Assembly: GCA_964016885.1 (NCBI GenBank) | Contig: OZ024744.1 | Location: forward strand, 101,432,001 to 101,496,000 | Direction: 5' to 3' | Length of the DNA: 64,000 nucleotides | From: Eledone cirrhosa | Lineage: Eukaryota | Shown here: positions 55,901 to 64,000 of the stretch, piece after piece | Layout of the letters: the number at the start of each line of letters is the position of its first letter | How positions within the stretch are numbered: the stretch's first letter is position 1 | Notes under the pieces: generated by a model | Told to the model about the DNA's origin: nothing | The model's input: the letters and a program-made list of their open reading frames with translations, nothing else | The model's database searches: none | Program-made: the position numbers and the translations under genes

Positions 55901-58900
55901 GTGTCATGACAAAAAGCACCCAGTCCACACAATAAAGTGGTCAGTTAGGTGTCATGAGAAAAATCACCCAGTCCATACTGTAAAGTGGTCACGTAGGTGT
56001 CATGCCAAAAAGTACCTAGTACTCACTCTAAAGAGGTCATGTAGGTGTCATGAAAAAAAGAACCCAGTACTCACTGTAAAATCTGTCAAGTAGGTGTCAT
56101 GAGAAAATGTACACAGTCCACACTGTAAAGTGGTCATGTAGGTGTCATGACAAAAAGCACCCAGTTCACACGGTAAAGTGGTCCTGTAGGTGTCATGACA
56201 AAAAGCACCCAGTCCACACTGTAAAGTGTCCATGTAGGTGTCACAACAAAAAGCACCCAGTACCTACTGTAAAATTGGTCATGTAGATATCATGACAAAA
56301 AGCACCCATTCCACACTGTAAAGTGGTCATGTATGTGTCATGACAAAAAGCACCAAGTCCACACTATAAAGTGGTTATGTAGGTGTCATGACAAAAAGCA
56401 CCCAGTCCACACTGTAAAATGGTTATGCAGGTGTCATGACAAAAAGCACCCAGTACTCCCTGTAAAGTGGTCATGTAGGTGTCATGAGAAAACGCACCCA
56501 GTACTCACTGTAAGGTGTTCATGTAGGTGTCATTACAAAAAGCACCCAGCCCACACTGTAAAGTGGCCAGTTAGGTGTCATGACAAAAAGCACCCTGTCC
56601 ACACTATAAAAGTGGTCATGTAGGTGTAATGACAAAAAGGACCCCACCCACACTGTAAAGTGTTCAGGTAGGTGTCATGACAAATAGCACCCAGTCCACA
56701 CTGTAATATGGTCATGTTCATGTCATGAAAAAAAGCACCCAGTCCACACTATAAAATGGTCATCTAGGTGCCACATCAAAAAGCACCCAGTCCACACTGT
56801 AAAATGGTCAGGTAGGTGTCATGACAAAAGGCACACAGTCCACACTGTAAAGTAGTCAGTTAGGTGTCATGACGAAAAGAACCCAGTCCACACTGTAAAG
56901 TGGTCTTGTAGGTGTCAAGACAAAAAGCACCCAGTCCGCACTGTAAAGTGGTCATGTAGGTGTCATGACAAAAGGCACACAGTCCACACTGTAAAGTAGT
57001 CAGTTAGGTGTCATGACGAAAAGAACCCAGTCCACACTGTAAAGTGGTCTTGTAGGTGTCAAGACAAAAAGCACCCAGTCCGCAATGTAAAGTGGTCAAG
57101 TAGGTGTCATAACAAAAAGCACCCAATCCACACTGTAAAGTGGTCATGTTGTTGCCATGACAAAAAGCACCCAGCTCACACTGTAAAGTGGTCAGTTAGG
57201 TGTCATGACAAAAAGCACCCAGTCCACACTGTAAAGTGGTCATGTAGGTGTCATGCCAAAAAGTACCTAGTACTCACTCTAAAGTGGTCATGAAGGTGTC
57301 ATGACAAAAAGAACCCAGTACTCACTGTAAAAGTGATCATGTAGGTGTCATGACAAAAAGCACCCAGTACTCACTGTAAAGTGGTCATGTAGGTGTCATG
57401 ACAAAAAGCACCCAGTACTCAATGTAAAGTGGTCATGTAGGTGTAATGACAAAAAGCACCCAGTACTCACTGTAAAGTGTTCATGTAGGTGTCATTACAA
57501 AAAGCACCCAGCCCACACTGTAAAGTGTTCATGTAGGTGTCATGACAAAAAGCGCCCAGTCCAAACTGTAAAGTGGTCAGTTAGGTGTCATGAGAAAAAT
57601 CATCCAGTTCACACTGTAAAGTGGTCCTGTAGGTGTCATGACAAAAAGCACCGAGCCCACACTGTAAAGTGGTCATGTAGGTGTCATGACAAAAAGCACC
57701 CAGCCCACACTGTAAAGTGGTCCTGTAGGTGACATGACAAAAACACCCAGTCCACACTGTAAAGTGGTCATGTAGGTGTCATGACAAAAAGGACCCAGTC
57801 CACACTATAAAGTGGTCATATAGGTGTCACGACAAAATCACCCAGTACTTACTGTAAAAGTTGTCATGTACGTGTCATGACAAAAAGCGCCCAGTCCAAA
57901 CTGTAAAGTGGTCAGTTAGGTGTCATGAGAAAAATCATCCAGTTCACACTGTAAAGTGGTCCTGTAGGTGTCCTGACAAAAAGCACCCAGTCTACACTGA
58001 AAAGTGGTCAAGCAGGTGTCATGACAAAAGGCACCCAGTACTCACTGTAAAGTGGTCCTTTAGGTGTCATGACAAAAAGCACCCAGTCCACACTGTAAAG
58101 TGTTCATGTAGGTGTCACAACAAAAAGCACCCAGTACCTACTGTAAAATTGGTCATGTAGATATCATGACAAAAAGCACCCATTCCACACTGTAAAGTGG
58201 TCATGTATGTGTCATGACAAAAAGCACCCAGTCCACACTATAAAGTGGTCATGTAGGTGTCATGACAAAAAGCACCCAATCCACACTGTAAAATGGTTTT
58301 GCAGGTGTCATGACAAAAAGCACCCAGTACTCCCTATAAAGTGGTCTTGTAGGTGTCATGAGAAAACGCACCCAGTACTCATTCTAAAGTGGTCATGCAG
58401 GTGTCATGACAAAAAGCACCCAGTCCAAACTGTAAAGTGGTCATGTAGGTATCATGACAAAAATCACCCAGTACTCACTGTAAGGTGTTCATGTAGGTGT
58501 CATTACAAAAAGCACCCAGCCCACAGTGTAAAGTGGTCATGTAGGTGTCATGACAAAAAGCACCCAGTCCACACTGTAAAGTGGCCAGTTAGGTGTCATG
58601 ACAAAAAGCACCCTGTCCACACTATAAAAGTGGTCATGTAGGTGTAATGACAAAAAGGACCCCACCCACACTGTAAGGTGTTCATGTAGGTGTCATGACA
58701 AATAGCACCCAGTCCACACTGTAATATGGTCATGTAGATGACATGCTAAAAAGCACCGAGTACTCACTGTAAATTGGTCCTGTAGGTGTCATGACAAAAA
58801 ACACCCAGTCCACACTATAAAGTGGTCATGTAGGTGTCATGACAAAAACTCCCAGTCCACACTGTAAAGTGCTCATGTAGGTGTCTTGACAAAAAGCACC

Positions 58901-59500
58901 CAACCAACACTGTAAAGTGGTCATGTAAGTGTCACGACAAAAAGCACCCAGTCCACAGTATAAAGTGGTCATGTAGGTGCCACATCAAAAAGCACCCAGT
59001 CCACACTGTAAAATGGTCAGGTAGGTGTCATGACAAAAAGTGCACAGTCCACACTGTAAAGTGGTCATGTAGGTGTCATGACAAAAGGCACACAGTCCAC
59101 ACTGTAAAGTAGTCAGTTAGGTGTCATGACGAAAAGAACCCAGTCCACACTGTAAAGTGGTCTTGCAGGTGTCAAGACAAAAAGCACCCAGTCCGCACTG
59201 TAAAGTGGTCACGTAGGTGTCATAACAAAAAGCACCCAATCCACACTGTAAAGTGGTCATGTTGTTGCCATGACAAAAAGCACCCAGCTCACACTGTAAA
59301 GTGGTCAGTTAGGTGTCATGACAAAAAGCACCCAGTCCACACTGTAAAGTGGTCATGTAGGTGTCATGCCAAAAAGTACCTAGTACTCACACTAGAGTGG
59401 TCATGAAGGTGTCATGACAAAAAGAACCCAGTACTCACTGTAAAAGTGATCATGTAGGTGTCATGACAAAAAGCACCCAGTTCTCACTGTGAAAGTGGTC
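41000..59500. repeat. Eroded large HOR of ~4.9-6.4 kb in domain B, 3-4 rearranged copies
   Basis: Rare markers recur: (C/T)CTGTCAAGTAGG at 44641, 51086, 56082; TGTCAGGACAAAAAGAATCC at 43691, 49895, 54795; TTGTCATGTACGTG at 45026, 51412, 57861; TACCTACTACAAAAG at ~50399 and ~55443. Confidence 0.7.
45655..48940. repeat. Recent tandem duplication within domain B (offset 1393, then 1873)
   Basis: GCCAGTTAGG lies at 45701 and 47094, and near-identity continues to ~46877/48270. AACCTAGTAC...GGTTTAATAACAAAAGGC...CCGTAACGTG lies at 46878 and 48751. Confidence 0.85.
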
Positions 59501-62500
59501 ATGTATGTGTCACGACAAAAAGCACCCAGTCCGCACTGTAAAGTGGTCATGTAGGTGTCATTACAAAAAGCTCCCAGTCCACACTGTAAGGTGGTCAGTT
59601 AGGTGTCATGACAAAAAGCACCCTGTCCACACTGTAAAGTGGTCATGTAGGTGTGATGATAAAAAGCACCCAGTATACACTGTAAAGTGTTCATGTAGGT
59701 GTCATGAGAAAAAGCACCCAGTCCACACTGTAAAGTGGTCATGTAGGTGTCATGACAGAAAGAAGCCAGTACTCAATATAAAAGTGGTGATGTAGGTGTA
59801 CTGACAAAAAGCACCCAGTACTCACTGTAAAAGTGGTCATGTAGATGTTATGATAAAAAGCACCTAATACTCACTGTAATGTGGTCATGTAAGTCTCATG
59901 ACAAAAAGCACCCAGTCCACACTGTAAAATGGTCATGTAGGTGTCAAGACAAAAAGCACCCAGTTCATACTGTAATGTGGTCATGTAGGTGTCATGACAA
60001 AAAGAACCCAGCCCATACTGTAAAGTGGACTTGTAGGTGTCATGACAAAAAGCACTCAGTCCACACTCTAAAGTGTTCAGTTAGGTGTCATGACAAAAAA
60101 CACCCAGTCCACCCTGTAAAGTGATCATGTAGGGGTCATGACAAAAAGCACGCAGTCCACGCTGTAAAGTGGTCATGTAGGTTGATGCCAAAAAGCACCC
60201 AGTACTCACTGTAAAGTGGTCATGTAGGTGTCATGACAAAAAGCACCCAGTCAACACTGTAAAGTAGTCGTGTAGGTGTCACGACAAAAAGCGCCCAGTC
60301 CACACTGTAAAGTGGTCAGTTAGGTGTCATGACAAAAAGCACCCAGTCCACACTATAAAGTGGTCATGTAGGTGCCACATCAACACTGTAAAGTATTCGT
60401 GTAGGTGTCACGACAAAAAGCACCCAGTCCACACTGTAAAGTGGTCAGTTAGCTGTCATGACAAAAAGCACCCAGTCAACACTGTAAAGTAGTCGTGTAG
60501 GTGTCACGACAAAAAGCACCCAGTCCACACTGTAAAGTGGTCAGTTAGGTGTCACGACAAAAAGCACCCAGTCCACACTGTAAAGAGGTCAGTTAGGTGT
60601 CATGACAAAAAGCACCCAGTACTCACTGTAAAGTGGTCATGTAGGTGTCATGACAAAAAGCACCCAGCCCATACTGTAAAGTGGACTTGTAGGTGTCATG
60701 ACAAAAAGCACTCAGTCCACACTGTAAAGTGTTCAGTTAGGTGTCATGACAAAAAACACCCAGTCCAACCTGTAAAGTGATCATGTAGGGGTCATGACAA
60801 AAAGCACGCCGTCCACGCTGTAAAGTGGTCATGTAGGTGTGATGCCAAAAAGCACCCAGTACTCACTGTAAGGTGGTCATGTAGGTGTCATGACAAAAAG
60901 CACCCAGACAACACTGTAAAGTGGTCATGTAGGTGTCACGACAAAAAGCACCCAGCCCACACTGTTAAGTGGTCATGTAGCAGTCTCGACAAAAAGCACC
61001 CAATACTTAGTGTAAAAATGGTCATGTAGATGTCATGACAAAAAGCACCCATTCCACACTGTAAAGTGGTCATGTATGTGTCATGACAAAAAGCACCCAG
61101 ACCACACTGTATAGTGGTCATGTAGGTGTCATGACAAAAAGCACCCAGTCGAATCTGTAAGGTGGTCATGTATGTGTCATTACAAAAAGCACCCAGCCCA
61201 CACTATAAAGTGTTCATGTAGGTGTGATGACAAAAAGCACCCAGTCCACACTGTATAGTGGTCAGTTAGGTGTGATGAAAAAAAGCACCCTGTCCACACT
61301 GTAAAGTGGTCATCTAGGTGTCATGACAAATAGCACCCAGTATTCACTGTAAAGTGGTCAGTTAGGTGTCATGACAAAAAGCTCCCTGTCCACACTCTAA
61401 AGTGGTCATGTAGGTGTGATGATAAAAAGCACCCAGTATACACTGTAAAGTGTTAATGTAGGTGTGATGACAAAAACACCCAGTATACACTGTAAAGAGT
61501 TTTATGTAGGTGTCATGACAAAAAGCACCCAGTCCACACTATAAAGTGGTCAGTTAGGTGTCATGACAAAAAGCACCCAGTCCACACTGTAAAGTGGTCA
61601 TATACGTGTCTTGCCAAAAAGTACCTAGTACTCACTATAAAAGTGGTCATGTAGGTGTAATGACAAAAAAGACCCAGCCCACACTGTAAAGTGTTCATGT
61701 AGGTGTCATGGCAAATAGCACCCAGTACTCACTGTAAAGTGGTCAGTTAGGTGTCATGACAAAAAGCACCCTGTCCACACTGTAAAGTGGTCATGTAGGT
61801 GTGATGACAAAAACACCCAGGCCACACTGTAAAGTGTTTTATGTAGGTCTCACGACAAAAAGCACCCAGTCCACACTATAAAGGGGTCAGTTAGGTGTCA
61901 TGACAAAAAGCACCCAGTCCACACTGTAAAGTGGTCATGTAGGTGTCATGACAAAAAGGACCCCGTCCACACTGTAAAGTGGTCATGTAGATGTCATGAC
62001 AAAAAGCACCTAGTCCTCACGGTAAAGTGGTCCTGTAGGTGTCATGACAAAAAGCACCCAGCCCACACTGTAAAGTGGTTATGTAGATGTCATGACAAAA
62101 AGCACCGAGTACTCACTGTAAAGTGGTCATGTAGGCGTCATGACAAAAATCAACCAGCCCACACTGTAAAGTGGTCATGTAGGTGTCATGACAAAAAGAA
62201 CCCAGCCATTACTGTAAAGTGGTCATGTAGGTGTCATGACAAAAAGCACCCAGTCCACACTGTAAAGTGGTAATGTAGGTGTCAACTAAAAGCACCCAGT
62301 CCACACTGTAAAATGTTTATGTAGGTGTCATGACAAAAAGCACCCAGTCCACACTGTAAAGTGGTCATGTAGGTGTCATTACAAAAAGCACCCAGTTCAC
62401 ACTATAAAGTGGTCATGTAGGTGTCATGACAAAAATCAACCAGCCCACACTGTAAAGTGGTCATGTAGGTGTCATGACAAAAAGAACCCAGCCATCACTG

Positions 62501-64000
62501 TAAAGTGGTCATGTAGGTGTCATGACAAAAAGCACCCAGTCCACACTGTAAAGTGGTCATGTAGGTGTCATGACAAAAAGCACCCAGTCCACACTATAAA
62601 GTAGTCATGTAGGTGCCACATCAAAAAGCACCCAGTCCACACTGTAAAATGGTCATGTAGGTTTTATGACAAAAATTGCCCAGTCCACACTGTAAAGTGG
62701 TCATGTAGGTGTCATGACAAAAAGAACCCAGTGCTCACTCTAAAGTGGTCATGTAGGTGTCATGACGAAAAGAACTCAGTCCACGCTGTAAAGTGGTCAC
62801 GTAGGTGTCAAGACAAAAAGCACCCAGTCCACACTTTAAAGTGGTCATGTACGTGTCATCACAAAAAGCAGCCAGTCCGCACTGTAAAGTGGTCATGTAG
62901 GTTTTATGACAAAAAGTGCCCAGTCCACACTCTAAAGTGGTCATGTAGGTGTCATGACAAAAAGCACCCAATCCACAGTGTAAAGGGGTCATGTATGTGT
63001 CATGCCAAAAAGTAGCTAGTACTCATTCTAATGTGGTTATGTAGGTGTCATGACTAAAAGAACCCAGTACTCACTGTGAAAGTGGTCATGTAGGTGTAAT
63101 GACAAAAAGCACCAGTACTCACTGTGAAAGTGGTCATGTAGGTATCATGACAAAAAGCACCCAGTCCACACTATAAAGTGGTCAGTTAGGTATCATGACA
63201 AAAAGCACCCAGTTCACACTGTAAAGTGGTCATGTAGGTGTGATGATAAAAACACCCAGTATACACTGTAAAGTGTTCATGTAGGTGTCATGAGAAAAAG
63301 CACCCAGTCCCCACTGTAAAGTGGTCAGCTAGGTGTCATGACAAAAAGCATCCAGTCCACACTGTAAAATGGTCATGTAGGTGTCATGACAAAAAGAAAC
63401 CAGTACTCAATATAAAAGTGGTGATGTAGGTGTAATAACAAAAAGCACCCAGTACTCACTGTAAAAGTGGTCATGTAGATGTTATGACAAAAAGCACTCA
63501 GTACTCACTGTAAAGGGGTCATGTAGGTGTCATGATAAAAAGCACCTAGTACTCACTGTCATGTGGTCATGTAAGTGTCATGACAAAAAGCACCGAGTCC
63601 ACACTGTAAAATGGTCATGTAGGTGTCATGTCAAAAAGCACCCAGTTCATACTCTAATGTGGTCATGTAGGTGTCATGACAAAAAGAACCCAGCCCACAC
63701 CGTAAAGTGGTCTTGTAGGTGTCATGACAAAAAGCACTCAGTCCACACTGTAAAGTGTTCAGTTAGGTGTCATGAGAAAAAACACCCAGTCCACACTGTA
63801 AAATGGTCATGCAGGTGTCACGACAAAAAGCACCCAGTACCTACTGTAAAAGTGGTCATGTAGATGTCATGACAAAAAGCACCCATTCCACACTGTAAAG
63901 TGTTCATGTAGGTGTCATGACAAAAAACACCCAGACCACATTGTATAGTGGTCAAGTAGCTGTCATGACAAAAAGCACCCAGTACTCACTGTAAAGTGGT

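Larger units (their letters stand above)
1..64000. repeat. Tandem satellite DNA array, 48-bp monomer (~1,330 copies), running off both ends of the window
   Basis: The unit AAAGTGGTCATGTAGGTGTCATG[AC]AAAAAGCACCCAGT[ACTC/CCAC]ACTGT recurs every 47-49 bp from base 1 to 64000 in one orientation. No unique sequence seen. ORF translations show a 16-aa period. Confidence 0.99.
40701..64000. repeat. Satellite domain B: more divergent subfamily
   Basis: The slot is almost always GAC and CCCAGTCCAC predominates. New variants appear (TCAGTTAGG, AAAGAACCC, GTGTTCATG, GTCACGAC, CCGCACTG), with more private substitutions per monomer. TTC/GGC monomers nearly vanish. Confidence 0.88.

Noticed and set aside
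341-63863. All ORFs in the six-frame track as real genes (including C2H2 zinc-finger-like proteins)
   Set aside because: They are translations of the 48-bp monomer that start and stop at indel variants, have no unique domains and occur on both strands. The spacing does not match C2H2 fingers (C-x2-4-C-x12-H-x3-5-H, 28-aa period with TGEKP linker).
1-64000. CRISPR array or CRISPR-like repeat-spacer system
   Set aside because: There are no unique spacers. The variable slots are only 3-5 nt drawn from a few recurring alleles and are copied within HORs. No cas genes or leader are present.
1-64000. Satellite-encoded hammerhead ribozyme (as in newt, schistosome or cricket satellites)
   Set aside because: The conserved core CUGANGA...GAAA with three stems is not present in the consensus on either strand. 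CTGAAAG/CTGAAAAG variants lack the required context.
1-64000. Transposon insertion, inversion or telomeric repeat within the array
   Set aside because: On reading through, all monomers are in the same orientation and I saw no non-satellite segment, terminal repeat or TTAGGG-type tract. A very short insertion could have been missed by eye.
1-64000. Intrinsic curvature from phased A-tracts
   Set aside because: The A5 and A3 tracts are about 22-26 bp apart and the 48-bp period is about 4.6 helical turns, so successive tracts are not in helical phase.
1-64000. CENP-B box or assignment to a named satellite family or species
   Set aside because: The CENP-B box (TTCG....A..CGGG) needs CpGs that the consensus lacks. 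I do not recognise the monomer, and a Dfam/Repbase/BLAST search would be needed.

Overview
The whole 64-kb window is one uninterrupted, head-to-tail, single-orientation tandem satellite. The monomer is 48 bp (consensus AAAGTGGTCATGTAGGTGTCATGACAAAAAGCACCCAGTACTCACTGT, about 44% GC, no CpG), giving roughly 1,330 copies. I see no credible gene, RNA gene, transposon or CRISPR spacer: the ORFs in the track are translations of the monomer (KWSCRCHDKKHPVLTV on +, MTTLQCGLGAFCHDTY on -). The interesting content is architectural. Domain A (about 1-40,700) is homogeneous, uses a small alphabet of variant monomers with an underlying TTC-GGC-GAG trimer, and is built from nested, nearly identical higher-order repeats (HORs) with periods of 1585, 5715/5667, 1681, 3937, ~2302-2350 and 1649 bp. 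Domain B (about 40,700-64,000) is more divergent, has its own variant alphabet and has an eroded ~5-6.4 kb periodicity. This layering resembles eukaryotic (peri)centromeric or heterochromatic satellite, but organism and function cannot be determined from the sequence. I found no support for a novel protein-coding system. All periods were read by eye from marker variants and ORF-track offsets, so boundaries are approximate.
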